The notes: generated by a model not told the origin, from the sequence alone. A DNA stretch of 64,000 bases from an uncultured Actinomycetes bacterium (GCA_963706025.1 CAVPLM010000019.1:27076-91075), one strand, 5' to 3'; positions 21,273 through 32,596 are shown, counted from the stretch's first letter. Program-made: numbers and translations.

Positions 21273-22139
21273 CTATCTACGGGCTACGGGCAGCGGCCGG
21301 CGGTGCAGGCCGCTCAACTTGAGGCCGAGGTAGCTGTGGTCGGCCTGATAGATGCCGACCCTAGGCAGCTCGAAACGATGCATTCCCAGCCCGATCGAGT
21401 CGATCACGAACGCGGCGGCGTATCCGGCCGCCTCGGTCTGACCCGCCACCCGCGCGTCATATGTGCCTCGGGGGTAGGCGAAATAATCGACCGCGCCACC
21501 CGTCAGATCCTGGAGGAAGGACTTCGATTCCCGCAATTCTCGTGTCAATTCGGCGTCGGCACATTCAGTGAGGACGCTGTGGGTCACACCGTGGGAACCG
21601 ACGGTGACCAAGGGGTCGGCAGCGCACGTCAGTAGCTCTTCAGCGCTCAGCCCATCGTACCAGTCGCGGGCTACGGCTTCGGGGACGCTATCCAGGCTTC
21701 CCCAGACGTGCTCCGCCTGCCGGCGCACAAACCCTAGCCAGTCGCGAGGATCGGCAACGTGCTGGGTGCTGACGAAGAACAGCGCCGGGCACCCGAACGA
21801 CCGCAGTACGGGCAGAGCGTTGTAGAAGTTGTTTGCGAACCCGTCATCGAAGGTGAGGAGCACGCCGGGTCTGTCGCCGACAAGGTACTGTTCGGGGGTG
21901 AGGAAGGCGAACCTATCCCTAAGCCACTCGAGCAGGATCGCCAGTTCGTCCACCGTGAAGTGCGGTTGGGCCTGACGATCGATCCCGGGCAGACGGTGCG
22001 AGGAGACCCCGTGGAGCAGGAGGGCGAAGCGTCCGTTGCGTACCAGGGTCTTGGATGCGAGAGCGGTGAAGCCCGTAGCCCACATGAGCCAGGCGGCCGT
22101 GTCGCGAGCACGGCCCTGTTTGCCCTTGACCCCTGTCAC
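21273..22139 (-). CDS. Polysaccharide deacetylase (CE4/NodB)
   Basis: LTFDDG, GSHGVTH, FAYPRG motifs. Confidence 0.85.
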   Translation of the reverse strand: MTGVKGKQGRARDTAAWLMWATGFTALASKTLVRNGRFALLLHGVSSHRLPGIDRQAQPHFTVDELAILLEWLRDRFAFLTPEQYLVGDRPGVLLTFDDGFANNFYNALPVLRSFGCPALFFVSTQHVADPRDWLGFVRRQAEHVWGSLDSVPEAVARDWYDGLSAEELLTCAADPLVTVGSHGVTHSVLTECADAELTRELRESKSFLQDLTGGAVDYFAYPRGTYDARVAGQTEAAGYAAAFVIDSIGLGMHRFELPRVGIYQADHSYLGLKLSGLHRRPLPVARR

Positions 22140-23278
22140 GGTCGCCTGCCCAGGTGCATCAGATCGATGTAGGCTCTCACGGCCCTGTCCGTGCTGAAGT
22201 GTTTCGCCTGGCGTCGCAGGACATCACGGTCGCGGTCGACTGCCAGTTCCTGCAGGATAGCCTGCGCCAGACCCTCAACGTCATCGGGGGGTGTCAGCGT
22301 CCCCACCTGCCCGCACCCGCAAGCAGAAGCAGCAAGGATCTCCCGCGGCCCGTGCGGGCAGTCGGTCGAAACCACCGGCAGACCGCAGGCCATCGCCTCG
22401 ATCAGGGCGTTCGGAAGACCTTCCCAGGCGGAGGAGAGGACAAAGAGGTCGGCTCGTGCCATGTAGGCATAGGGGTTCTCGGCAAACCCGGGCAGCGACA
22501 CGAAGGCCTCCGCTCCCAACTCCTGCACCAGGGCCTTCAGACTCGCTCGTTCTTCGCCGTCTCCCAGGATGACTAGGCGGAGGGGCCGCTGTCGCCTGGC
22601 GGCGGACACGGCCCGCACCAGTAGATCATAGTGCTTAGGGACACTCAAGCGGCCCACGGAGAGGATGATGGGGGGTCCCCCGTCGCCAAACCAGGGATGG
22701 GAAACAGGCTCCTGCATAAGGGGGACCATCTCATCGCTGCAGGCGGGGTTGTAGATCACCCGGACCAGGGAGCGCGGCACCCCCACGTGTCCGACAAGAT
22801 CGTCCGCCGCTCCCCGGGAGTTCGCTACGACGACATCGGCGCGCGGATAGAACGCTCGGGCGAGAGCGAAGATCACGCGGTCGCGCGCCTGCCCCGAGTT
22901 GGCCGCGGCCATACTCATGGTGGTGGCTTCCCTCAAGATCAGTTGCGGCGACCTGGCCGCCAGAGAGCGGGCCCAGACGGCGACAAGGTTCGCGTAGTGG
23001 AGCGTGGAGATAACGACATCCGGGTTCGCCTTATCGATATAGTGGGCAAGCGGCCCGGTGCTGGTAAGAACGCGCCGGCACTCGAGGTCGACCACCCGGA
23101 CGGTCGTGGGCAATGCCTGTAGATTGGGGCCGCTCGCGCTGGCCAGCACCAGATCCACCGCAAGCCCGGCATCGGCGAGGCCGATCGCAAGCCTTCTGAA
23201 CATCTTCTCCGCTCCACCCCAGGTCATCGAGGGAGCGAACAGCGCTACCTTCACCGGCCCGGCGGACCTGGTGGTCAC
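22136..23278 (-). CDS. GT4 glycosyltransferase
   Basis: GGAEK, SVGRL, EGLPNALIEAMACG, STDCPHGPREIL; start trimmed from the over-long ORF. Confidence 0.85.
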   Translation of the reverse strand: MTTRSAGPVKVALFAPSMTWGGAEKMFRRLAIGLADAGLAVDLVLASASGPNLQALPTTVRVVDLECRRVLTSTGPLAHYIDKANPDVVISTLHYANLVAVWARSLAARSPQLILREATTMSMAAANSGQARDRVIFALARAFYPRADVVVANSRGAADDLVGHVGVPRSLVRVIYNPACSDEMVPLMQEPVSHPWFGDGGPPIILSVGRLSVPKHYDLLVRAVSAARRQRPLRLVILGDGEERASLKALVQELGAEAFVSLPGFAENPYAYMARADLFVLSSAWEGLPNALIEAMACGLPVVSTDCPHGPREILAASACGCGQVGTLTPPDDVEGLAQAILQELAVDRDRDVLRRQAKHFSTDRAVRAYIDLMHLGRRP

Positions 23279-23334
23279 GCGCCGTCGGTACCCGGCGCCT
23301 GGGCCGGGGGCGGGCGGCAACCGGGGGTCCTCTT

Positions 23335-24429
23335 TCACCGCGCCGTCACAATCTCGGCGAGAAGTGCCTCCCATTCTGGTAGGACCCTGTCCCAGTCGCG
23401 AGCCTCCGCGCTCAGTCGCGCGTTTCGCGAAAGCCGTGCGGCCGTGTCCGGCTCGACAAGTATCCTGCGGATCGCCCCGGCCATGGCCTCCGGATCGGCT
23501 TGGGGAACAAGCAAAGCGTCCCGATCGTTCTCGACCAGGTAGGGCACCCCCCCGGCGTCCGTGCTTACCACGCACAGACCGCAGGCCATCGCTTCGACGA
23601 TCGTCTTCGGAGCGTTGTCGACGTTCGTGGTGTTCAGGAAGATGTCGCCCTCCTGAAGCACGAGCGGCACGTCTGTGTTGGGGACGGCCCCCCGGATGCG
23701 CACACGTCCATCGACACCCAGCCCGCGGGCCTCTTGGCGGGTCTGTTCCGCGCTCCAGTCTGCCGTGTCGGGGCCGACCATCACGAGCTCGATATCCGGA
23801 AACTCAGGGACCAGCCGCCTGACCACCTCGAGGGCTAAGACCGGGTTATAGCGGCGTTCGAAAGCTCTTACCCACACCAGCCTGGGTTTCGCCTCGGTTA
23901 TCCCGCGGTCGGGGTACCGGCTCATGTGGATCCCGTTCGGTATCACCCGGATGTCGGGACGCACATGTAGAAACTGGCCCGCCAGGAAGGAGGACGGAGA
24001 AATCACCACTGTGGCGGCTTCGAGCATCCGGCGGACCCGAGAAGGCCAACGCCTGGCGAAATCCGGGAGGGCTCCGGAGCGGAGGGTGATCACGAAGGGG
24101 CAGCGCAAGGCCCTGAGGCTTGCTCCGACGCCCTCTGCCCACACGAAAGCGGAGCCCGCAAACACATCAAGGTGCGCCACCCTGTAGCGGGGACGCTTGA
24201 TCCAGGTGGTGGCCACCATGTCCATCACACGCAGGCCCCGGTTCTCCACGTCGGAGGTGGTAGTAACGGACCAGCCCCGCGCGCTGAGACCGGCGGCCAT
24301 GTCCTCGCACACAAAGTGGATCCCCGAGGATTTCGACAGGAAGGCGCCGGCGATCAGCACCGGCGGTTTGCCGTTCCCGTCTTCGGGATGGGCCCGAACG
24401 CCATGATCGGTATCAGCCCTGGTCATCAC
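23335..24429 (-). CDS. GT4 glycosyltransferase
   Basis: VIPNGI, DNAPKTIVEAMACG, STDAGGVPYLV. Confidence 0.85.
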   Translation of the reverse strand: MMTRADTDHGVRAHPEDGNGKPPVLIAGAFLSKSSGIHFVCEDMAAGLSARGWSVTTTSDVENRGLRVMDMVATTWIKRPRYRVAHLDVFAGSAFVWAEGVGASLRALRCPFVITLRSGALPDFARRWPSRVRRMLEAATVVISPSSFLAGQFLHVRPDIRVIPNGIHMSRYPDRGITEAKPRLVWVRAFERRYNPVLALEVVRRLVPEFPDIELVMVGPDTADWSAEQTRQEARGLGVDGRVRIRGAVPNTDVPLVLQEGDIFLNTTNVDNAPKTIVEAMACGLCVVSTDAGGVPYLVENDRDALLVPQADPEAMAGAIRRILVEPDTAARLSRNARLSAEARDWDRVLPEWEALLAEIVTAR

Positions 24430-25049
24430 GGCCCATCAGGCTCGCTATCGTCTCAAGGACCACCCGCACGTCCGACCACGGAGTCCTTACCCGGAGGTAG
24501 TCCCTGTCGATGGCCAGCTTGGCCGGCATCACCTCGCGGATGTAGTGGTCCTCCCAGTCGTCGCCGGTCAGTTGGGTCTCCTCGCTTCGATAGCACAAGG
24601 AGGCAGGACTGGTTATCCCCGGCTTGGCGTCAAGGACCGCCAGTTGCTCGCGTGAATACAGGGCCACATACGACGGGTCTTCGGGACGTGGTCCCACGAG
24701 GCTCATCTCGCCCCTGAGGACGTTGAGCAATTGCGGCAACTCGTCGAGCTTCGTCCGCCGTAGCTTCCTCCCGAGAGGCGTGATCCTGGGGTCTTCGGCC
24801 GAGGTGATGGCCGGACCGACGCTCTGGGCCCCCTCGGTCATCGAGCGGAACTTGTAAAGGGTGAAGGGACGGGCGTTCCGGCCGACCCGAGTCGAGCGGA
24901 ACAGCGCCGGACCGGGACTGGTGAGTCTGATCGCCACGGCAAGAGCCAGAAGGAGAGGGCGACAAGAGCAGCAGACCGATCCCCGCGCCCGCCAGGTCAA
25001 GACCACGGATGCCCGCCTGCTCGGCTTGGAGGCACCGCCGGCCTGGCAC
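24413..25049 (-). CDS. Initiating sugar (phosphoglycosyl) transferase (frameshift near 24955)
   Basis: FTLYKFRSM, DPRITPLG, KLDELPQLLNVLRGEMSLVGPRPE. Confidence 0.85.
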
Positions 25050-25056
25050 TCGGAGC

Positions 25057-26246
25057 TCAGTGGCGGAAGGTGCGTACGACATCGTTCACCGCCTCGATGA
25101 CATCGGTCACGTCGTCGTCGGTCATCGCGCTGTAGATGGGCAGCGACAACTCCCGTCTGGTACTCGCGGTTGGCCACGGGGAAGTCATCCGGCTTGAAGC
25201 CGTAGGTGTCCCGGTAGTACGGGTGGAGATGCAGGGGGATGAAGTGCACGCTGGTCCCGATGTTGCGGGCCCGCAACTCCTCTACGAAACGGGCGCGGTC
25301 GATCGTGAGTCTCTCGAGGTCGAGCCTCAGCGCGTAGAGATGCCAGGCATGCTCCACCCAGGGCCGGACCGAGCGGGGTCTCCACTTGGGGCATCTCGGC
25401 GAACGCCTCCGTGTAGCGCGCAGGCGATCTCGCGCGCGCCGTCGGTTCATGGCATCGAGCCTTGGCAGCTGCGCAAGCCCCATGGCCGCCGCGATGTCGG
25501 TCAGGTTGTACTTGAAACCCGGGGCCACTATCTCGTAGTACCAGGAGCCCTCCGCCGCGTACCGGTTCCACGCGTTCTTGGTGATGCCGTGCAACGACAT
25601 CAGGCGGCACCGATCGGCGAGCGCCTCGTCGTCGGTGCAGATCATGCCGCCCTCGCCCGTGGTCATGGTCTTGGTGGCGTAGAAGCTGAAGCAGGTGAGG
25701 TGGGGAGACTCGCCCAGGCCGGGCCGGCGGGAACCGATGCGTCGTGCCGCGGTAGGCGGCCGGCAGGGAGTGAGCGGCATCCTCCACCAGCGCCAGCCCG
25801 TTCGCGGCGACGATCTCGTCGAGAGCGTCCATGTCGGCCGGGTGGCCGCCGACGTGCACCGGGAGCACAGCTCTCGTGCGAGGACCGATGGCGCGCGGCG
25901 ACCGCTTCCGGGTCGATGTTGAGAGTGTCGCTCTGGATGTCGACGAACCGTGGCCGGGCGCCGAAGTACCTGATGACTTCGGCCGTGGAGGCGAAGGTGT
26001 ATGGAGTGGTGATGACCTCGTCCTCCGGGCCAACGCCCATCGCCTCCAGCGCCAGGTGCAGCGCCGCGGTGCAGGAGTTGACCGCCACAGCGTGCGCGGC
26101 CCCGACGCGGGCGGCGAATTCACGCTCGAACCGGTGGGTCATAGCGCCCGTGGTTATCCAGCCCGGACTCAAGGACCTCGCTCGATCAGGTCCAGCTCGG
26201 ATCCGTCCAGATCCGGTCTTGAGAAAGGAAGGAAGTTGTCTCTCAC
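25057..26246 (-). CDS. DegT/DnrJ/EryC1/StrS aminotransferase (several frameshifts)
   Basis: [53 protein letters not shown] across frames. Confidence 0.85.
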
Positions 26247-26295
26247 AGTCGTCCTCTACCCTGTCGGTCGGTCGTAGACACTCATCGCGCCACCG

Positions 26296-27418
26296 TTAGC
26301 ATCGACCGGTCATCCACTTCTCTAAAACGTCCGCGACCCTCGGCCGCGGCCGCTCCGTCCCAGAGCGGTGGCACCTGCGCGACCTCGGCCTGTGTCGGAC
26401 AAGGCCTCGCGGGCGGCCGCCACGATGGCCGCGCGCGTCGGTTCCCGCTATCCGGTTGGTCCCCATCTCGACGGTAATGGGACGTCGGTGTTGTTGCGCA
26501 TAGTCACGCAGGGGACACCGAGGGCGGTGGTCTCCTCCTGTATGCCGCCGGAGTCGGTCAGCACGAGCCGGGCCTTGGCCATCAGTCCCAGGAAGTCGAG
26601 ATACCCCAGCGGCTCCACCAGCCGGACCGGCGCCCAGTCGCGGCCGCCGGCCTCGCGGCCGCGCTCCCCGCGACCTCCCTCCTCGATCCTCTGGCGGGTG
26701 CGCGGATGCACGGGGAAGAGGAGGGGCAGCTCCTCGCCGATCTCCCGCAGTGCCCCGCGGAACTCCTCGAGCGAGGCAGGGTCGTCCACAGCGGCCGGCC
26801 GGTGGAGGGTCACCAGCCCGTAGCGACCGGGCAGCAGGCCGAGCGCCTCCCAGGGCCTGCGGGCCAGCGCCGAATCCAGGTGAAGCCGAAGGCTGTCTAT
26901 CATGCAGTTGCCGACCAGGTGGGTCCGGTCCGGCGGGAATGCCCTCCTTCAGGAGGTTCTCGTTCCCGCTGGGCTCGGACGTGAAGAGGAGCTCGGACAG
27001 ATGATCGGTGAGGACGCGGTTGATCTCCTCCGGCATCGAGCGGTCGAACGATCTCAGCCCCGCCTCGATGTGGGCGACCGGGATGCCGAGCTTGGCCGCG
27101 GCCAGGGCGCAGGCGAGAGTGGAGTTGACGTCGCCGCCCGACGATGACCAGCCCCGGTTCGCGGTCCATGCAGACCTGTTCGAAGGCCGTCATCACCCGC
27201 GCCGTCTGCTCGGCGTGCGAGCCCGAACCGACCCCCAGGAACACGTCGGGCTGAGGCATGCGCGAGCTCTTCGAAGAACACGTCGGACATCGCCGCGTCG
27301 TAGTGCTGGCCCGTGTGGACCAGGATCTGCGAGCAGCCCGCGCCTCTTGCAGCTCCAGAAAGACCGGGGCGATCTTCATGAAGTTGGGCCGGGCCCCCAC
27401 TGCGCTGCAGATCAACAT
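26296..27418 (-). CDS. wecB: UDP-N-acetylglucosamine 2-epimerase, non-hydrolysing (several frameshifts)
   Basis: VGARPNFMKIAP, HTGQHYD, MPEEINR, VTLHR, TDSGGIQEE. Confidence 0.85.
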
Positions 27419-28652
27419 GGCCCGCCACCCCTTGGCTCCTGACTCTCCAGGTGGTCGATGAAGGCGTCGGCGATGGCCTTCCGGTCGAAACGAGCGACGG
27501 CGGCCGCCCTGCCTCGAGCCCCCATCGCCCGGCGCTCTTCCGGATCGTTCGCCAGCCGGCGGATGGCCGCCGCCAGGGCTTCCACGTCTCCAGGAGGTAC
27601 CACGACCCCGGCCCCGGCCTCGGTGAGTATGTTCTCCGCCTCGCCGCCGGTCATCAGGACCACGGGGAGTCCCGCTCCCATCGCCTCGTAGAGCTTGGAG
27701 GGAACGGCTCCGAACAGGCGCTCCTTGAGGGGGACCAGGGCGATGTCGGCGGACGCGAGCAAGCGCCGGTATCTGCTCCCGGGGCGCAGGGTCCAGGAAG
27801 CGGACGTTGTCCAATCCCGCGGCCCGGGCCTGGTCGACCAGGGCCGGCTTCTCCGGACCGTCCCCGATCAGGACGATCGAGAGGTCTCGGCAGGTCCCGC
27901 AATCTGGCCGCGGCCTCCAGCACGTGCCCCAGTCCCTGGGCGTAGCCGTGCAGGCCCGCGTAGAGGGCGATGACCGTGGCCTCTCCGGGGCGAGCTCGGC
28001 CAGCCCGGCTCGGGCTTCGTCCGATCCGGCATCGGGCCGAAAGACGTCGGACGCCACCCCGTTCGAGAGGTGATACAGGGTGGCCTGCGGGCAGTCCCGG
28101 CCTATCTTGGCGAGGATCTCCTTGCTCTGCCCGGTCACGCACCAGGCTTTGCGGTAGCAGAAGGTCTCCAGAGAGCGCGCCATGCGCAGCGTGAATCCCT
28201 CCCCGATGGCTCCCATCTGGACGGCGCTATCGAGCCACAGATCGGAGACGTTGAAGATCCAGCGGGCCCGCTTGAGCCGGCTGAGGAGGTAGCCGGAGAT
28301 GCCCAGGAAGAGCGGCGGCGACTCGGTGATGAGGTAGTCCAGCCGGGGGAGCGTGAAGGCTCCCACAAGCGCGGAGGAGAGCGGCGAAGGAGAAGTAGTT
28401 GAGGAGCCGCCTGCTCCCCAGACCCGTGGCGGGATAGACGTAGCTCCGGACCACAGACACATCGCCGGATCTCTCCCGGCGGACCAGACCCCCGTAGCCC
28501 GGGTAGATGCGCCCCTGCGGATAGTTGGGCATGGCGGTGAGCACGTAGACCTCGTGGCCGCGCTCGATGAAGTGACCGGCCAGATTGGACAGGCGCGCCT
28601 GCGGCGCGCCCATCTCGGGCGGGTAGTACTGGGTGAGGATTCCGAGTCGCAT
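27412..28652 (-). CDS. GT4 glycosyltransferase (WbuB-like; several frameshifts)
   Basis: TQYYPPEMGA, PNYPQG, ESPPLF, NVSDLW, PSKLYEAM. Confidence 0.8.
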
Positions 28653-28677
28653 CTTCTGATACCGGGCTTTCGACCCT

Positions 28678-29986
28678 CTAGGCCTTCAACACTCTCGGGC
28701 CCCACTCCTCCTTGACCACGTTGCGGGTGTCGACCACCAGCTTCACTGCTGTGTACAGAGCAGGATCGTAGAACTCACGATGAGCCGTGGATAGGAGGAC
28801 CAGGTCGTAGCGGGCGAACTCTTCCGCGGTCAGCGGTACGGAACGCATCTCAGGGTTGCCGCGGCGCCCGGGCCGGGCGGCCGGGAAGTGCGGGATCGCA
28901 GTAGGAGACGTCGGCGCCTCGCTCCCGCAAGAGCCGGATCAGCTCGTAGGAAGGCGATTCTCGGTCGTCGTCGATATCGGGTTTGTACGAGAGCCCCAGG
29001 ATCAGCACCTTCGCTCCCTTGAGGCCCTTTCCCTCGTCCGAGAGCGCGGCGCCCACTTTGGAGATGACCCAGGCCGGCATGCCGGTGTTGATCTCTCCCG
29101 CGAGTTCGATGAACCGGGTCCACACCCCGTGCTCGGCGGCCTTCCAGCTCAGGTAGAAAGGATCGAGCGGGATGCAGTGGCCGCCCAGACCCGGGCCGGG
29201 GTAGAAGGCCTGGAAGCCGAACGGTTTGGTCTTGGCGGCTTCGATGACCTCCCACACGTCGATGCCCATGTGGTCGAAGGTCAGCTTGAGCTCGTTCACG
29301 AGGGCGATGTTGACAGCACGGTAGATGTTCTCCAGCAACTTGGAGGCCTCGGCTACCCGTGCGCTCGACACGGGCACGACCTTGTTCATGATCTCGGCGT
29401 ACAACGCCGTGGCCACCTGGGTGGACTCCGGATTGACTCCGCCGACGATCTTGGGAATGATCGCGGTGTGGAACTCCCGGTTTCCCGGATCCTCGCGCTC
29501 GGGCGAAAAGGCGAGCAAGAAGTCCTCGGGGGTGCTCAGGCCGGTGGATTCGAGGACCGGCTTGATCTCCTCGTCGGTGGTCCCCGGATAGGTCGTCGAC
29601 TCGAGGATGATCAGCTGACCAGGGCGCAGATAGCAGGCGATGTCCCGGGCCGCGCCCAGGATGTAGCTGAGATCCGGCTCGCGATGCTTGCCGAGGGGAG
29701 TGGGGAGGCAGACAAGGATCGCGTCGCAGTGAGCAAGTACCGACATATCGGAGGTGGCATGGAACTCCGCGGTCCGTCCTCTCGCAGCGGCGACGCGCTC
29801 GGAGCCGATGTGGGCGATGTACGAGCGGCCCTCGCGAAGAGCCTCGACCTTGGCCGGGTCGACATCGAAAGCGATGACGGGGAAGCCCGCCTCGCTGAAG
29901 AGCAGCGATAGCGGCAGACCGACGTACCCCTGTCCGACAACACCCACTCGGGCTTCGTGCGCCGCGATGCGCTCAGTCAGTTCCAA
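28678..29986 (-). CDS. UDP-N-acetylhexosamine 6-dehydrogenase (nucleotide sugar dehydrogenase; frameshift near 28875)
   Basis: GQGYVGLPL, LESTTYPGTT, SPEREDPGN, GPGLGGHCIP, SYKPDIDDDRESP; the C-terminal VVDTRN is in a shifted frame. Confidence 0.88.
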
Positions 29987-30089
29987 TCGATTCTCCTCAG
30001 CCGGTGGGCTGCCCCACTACGATTGCCTCCATAAGCCTTTTCGACCGGCCTGCCGTGCCCCTTTAGCTTCCCTAAAGGAAACAGACGGG

Positions 30090-31067
30090 TCAGTCGTCCG
30101 TGTCTACCGTCCTGGCCCAGTCTCGGTTCTCCCGGTACCAGGTGCAAAGTCTGGTCACGCCTTCCTCCAGACTCACGTCGGGCCGCCAGCCCAGCAGACG
30201 CCCGGCCTTTCCGATGTTCGCCCAGGTGGCCATCACATCGGCCGCGTGCATGGGATGGCGTTCGATGCGCGCCTTGTGCCCGGTCTGCCCTTCGATGAGA
30301 CGGATCACCTCGAGAAGATCGTGGGGATGATCGCTGCCCAGATTGATGGTCTCGCACCCCAGGCGCCTGAGTCCCAGGATGGTCCCCCGGGCGATGTCGT
30401 CCACGTAGGTGAAATCTCGGGATTGCGAACCATCGCCGTAGAGACGGAGAGGGCGATCTTCGTAGATCCACTGGACGAACCGGAAGAGGCTCATGTCCGG
30501 TCTGCCGGCCGGCCCGTAGACCGTGAAGTATCTGAAGATGGTTACATCGAGACCATAGAGATGGTGGTAGGTCCAGCACATCGCCTCCGCCCCTTTCTTG
30601 GAAGCGGCGTAGGGCGACAAGGGCCGATCGGTGGGGGCATCTTCGGAGAAGGGAATGGGATTGTCCGCCCCGTAGAGGCTGGATGTAGAGGCAAGGACGA
30701 ATTTGCCGACTCCGTCGCGGCGACAGAGGTCCAGCAAGTTGAGGGTGCCCACTATGTTGGTGTCGACGTACACCCAGGGGTCTTCCACGCTCTGGCGTAC
30801 CCCGGCCCGGGCGGCGAGGTTCACGACCGCGTCGAACGGCCCCCACTCCCCCCACACGGTGCTGAGATCAGCGCGATCGGCGATGTCCGACCGCCGGAAG
30901 AGGTACCGGGGCCTTCCCTCGAGCCGGGCCAGGCGATAGTCCTTGAGACGAACATCGTAGGCCGGGGAGAGATTGTCGATCCCGCAGACCTCGTGGCCCT
31001 CGTCCAGAAGCAGTTCGGCCACCCGACTTCCGATAAATCCGGCCACACCGGTCAGCAAGATACGCAT
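30090..31067 (-). CDS. NAD-dependent epimerase (UDP-uronate 4-epimerase-like)
   Basis: TGVAGFIG, LAARAGVR, STSSLYG, YAASK, TVYGPAGRPDM, RDFTYVDD. Confidence 0.85.
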   Translation of the reverse strand: MRILLTGVAGFIGSRVAELLLDEGHEVCGIDNLSPAYDVRLKDYRLARLEGRPRYLFRRSDIADRADLSTVWGEWGPFDAVVNLAARAGVRQSVEDPWVYVDTNIVGTLNLLDLCRRDGVGKFVLASTSSLYGADNPIPFSEDAPTDRPLSPYAASKKGAEAMCWTYHHLYGLDVTIFRYFTVYGPAGRPDMSLFRFVQWIYEDRPLRLYGDGSQSRDFTYVDDIARGTILGLRRLGCETINLGSDHPHDLLEVIRLIEGQTGHKARIERHPMHAADVMATWANIGKAGRLLGWRPDVSLEEGVTRLCTWYRENRDWARTVDTDD

Positions 31068-31383
31068 CAACGCTCCTTCGAAGTACTCTGGCTCTGGGCA
31101 TCCCCGTGTCAAGATGATGATACTGGACCGGAGCGCCCTGGTGGGCCGGCCGACGGGGACGGTTGGTCTCCGCGAGACCGGCTGCCCGGCTACGGCCGCG
31201 TGCTGCCCTGCCGGGCCCTGCCGGCAAGTCAAGCGCTTGCTCATCGATCATCCGAGACCTAGGGGGAAGGTCGAGGCCACGCTTGACTTGATGGAGTTCG
31301 CCCGCCCAGAGAACTTGATGCTCGAGGAGCCTCCACCCCGGGGGTGTCGAGGCGGCTGAGGAGCAATCAGTGGGTGCAGTCGC

Positions 31384-31499
31384 TCAGAAGGCCTCGCGCT
31401 CCTTCAGCTTCTTCCACCACTCCTGATTGCTGCGATACCACGCCACCGCCTCAGCCAGCGCTTCAGCGAACGCACGCTCCGATGCCCAGCCAGCGCCTT
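31384..31499 (-). pseudogene. C-terminal remnant of dTDP-glucose 4,6-dehydratase (RmlB/RfbB-like)
   Basis: Manual translation GWASERAFAEALAEAVAWYRSNQEWWKKLKEREAF* matches the RmlB C-terminal pattern LGW...F..GL..TV.WY..N..WW; there is no upstream gene body. Confidence 0.65.
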
Positions 31500-31808
31500 T
31501 GCCGTGAGATCAGCGACGACGCCATCTGGCATTCTTCGGCCCTTCACTCATAAACAACTCGACATGTTGATCGGTGACTGTCTCCCAACTGAATTTCTGT
31601 GCCGCCCGTATCTTCGCTTTAGTTGCGTTGTCGTCTGAGCGACGAGCGGGTTGTCCAAAGCGTACCGTAGGACTCGGGCCAAGTCATCCGCACTGCCCTG
31701 CTTGCTCTTCAGCGGGTTTAGCGCCAAACCGGCCCGCCAGCGGAAGCCCGAAAGGACCCGGTGTACGGGCATGACTCCACCGAGCGGTCAGATTCGATTA
31801 CCTTCGGG

Positions 31809-32249
31809 TTATGAGTGCGACGAGGCCGTTTTCTGCCGTGACGTCGGGTGCCGGTCGGTGACAATTTCCCCTGCAAATAAGTGGGTTGGCCCGACCGTCC
31901 TGACGGCTTGATAGCCCCGTTTTGAGCGGTTCGTTTGCAGAATGTTTGCAGATCCCTGGCCGGCCTTGGCAGAGTTTGATGTTGCCGATCGGGCTGTGAT
32001 GGCAAACGAAATGGCCGAAGGAATACCGCGCCTATGCTCTGTGCCAGGGTCCGATGTGGACCGGCGAGACCTTGTCTTCAGCCAACGCTCCAGTTCGGCC
32101 GCTTCGTAGCGAACACCTCCTCCCAGCTTGATGAAAACCGTTCCGCCACCTTCCCACCGCCACTTCTCCAAGGTCTTGGGGCTCAGATCCAATCTCTCGG
32201 CCGCACCGCGTGTGTCGAGATACAAGGGCCCGGCCCACTTATCAGGCAC
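31809..32249 (-). CDS. Excisionase-like HTH protein (MerR/AlpA type); tail after ~32040 probably not meaningful
   Basis: YLDTRGAAERLDLSPKTLEKWRWEGGGTVFIKLGGGVRYEAAELERWL...RRSTSD. Confidence 0.75.
   Translation of the reverse strand: MPDKWAGPLYLDTRGAAERLDLSPKTLEKWRWEGGGTVFIKLGGGVRYEAAELERWLKTRSRRSTSDPGTEHRRGIPSAISFAITARSATSNSAKAGQGSANILQTNRSKRGYQAVRTVGPTHLFAGEIVTDRHPTSRQKTASSHS
31857..31940 (+). repeat. Degenerate direct repeat, copy 1 (copy 2 at 32399-32482)
   Basis: ggtgacaatt..cctgcaa...cccgaccgtcctgacggcttg...cccgttttgagcgg aligns by eye with the second copy. Confidence 0.65.
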
Positions 32250-32287
32250 TATGGGCTTCGGCGCCGGTGATGGGGGCGACGCTGGGT

Positions 32288-32348
32288 AAGCACATGGTAA
32301 GCGAGGGAACAGCGGTCAGCCTTTGAACTCTGCTTGCGCTACCTTCGG
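32288..32348 (+). repeat. ~60-bp dispersed repeat, copy 1 (copy 2 at 52071-52130)
   Basis: aagcacatggtaagcgagggaacagcggtcagcctttgaactctgcttgcgctaccttcgg; about 51/61 identical to copy 2 by manual alignment. Confidence 0.8.
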
Positions 32349-32398
32349 GGTATGAGCGGGAAGGGGGCCGTTTGCTCCCATAACGGCGAGTGACAGCA

Positions 32399-32482
32399 GG
32401 TGACGATTCTCCTGTAAGTCAAGGATTTCTCCCGACCGTCCTAACAGCCTGTGACGACCCGTTATGAGCGGCTCTTTGGCAA
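32399..32482 (+). repeat. Degenerate direct repeat, copy 2
   Basis: ggtgacgatt..cctgtaa...cccgaccgtcctaacagcctg...cccgttatgagcgg. Confidence 0.65.
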
Positions 32483-32596
32483 ACCGCGATACCCTGGGAA
32501 GAAGAGGCCGTGGGTACGTGGTCTGTCGTATCCATCTTGTCCATTAGAGATGTCTCGCTCTAACGATAGTCAGAAGACCAGCCTGTCCCGTGTAGC

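Noticed and set aside
24413-25780. Apparent aminotransferase-sugar transferase fusion
   Set aside because: Produced by frameshifts; the aminotransferase has its own stop at 25057.
26900-28705. 601-aa ORF joining GT4 and wecB pieces
   Set aside because: Indel artefact; two separate genes with overlapping stop and start at 27412-27418.
28856-31262. Long plus-strand ORFs (351 and 502 aa) and similar antisense ORFs elsewhere
   Set aside because: Shadow ORFs of GC-rich genes on the opposite strand, with no recognisable motifs.
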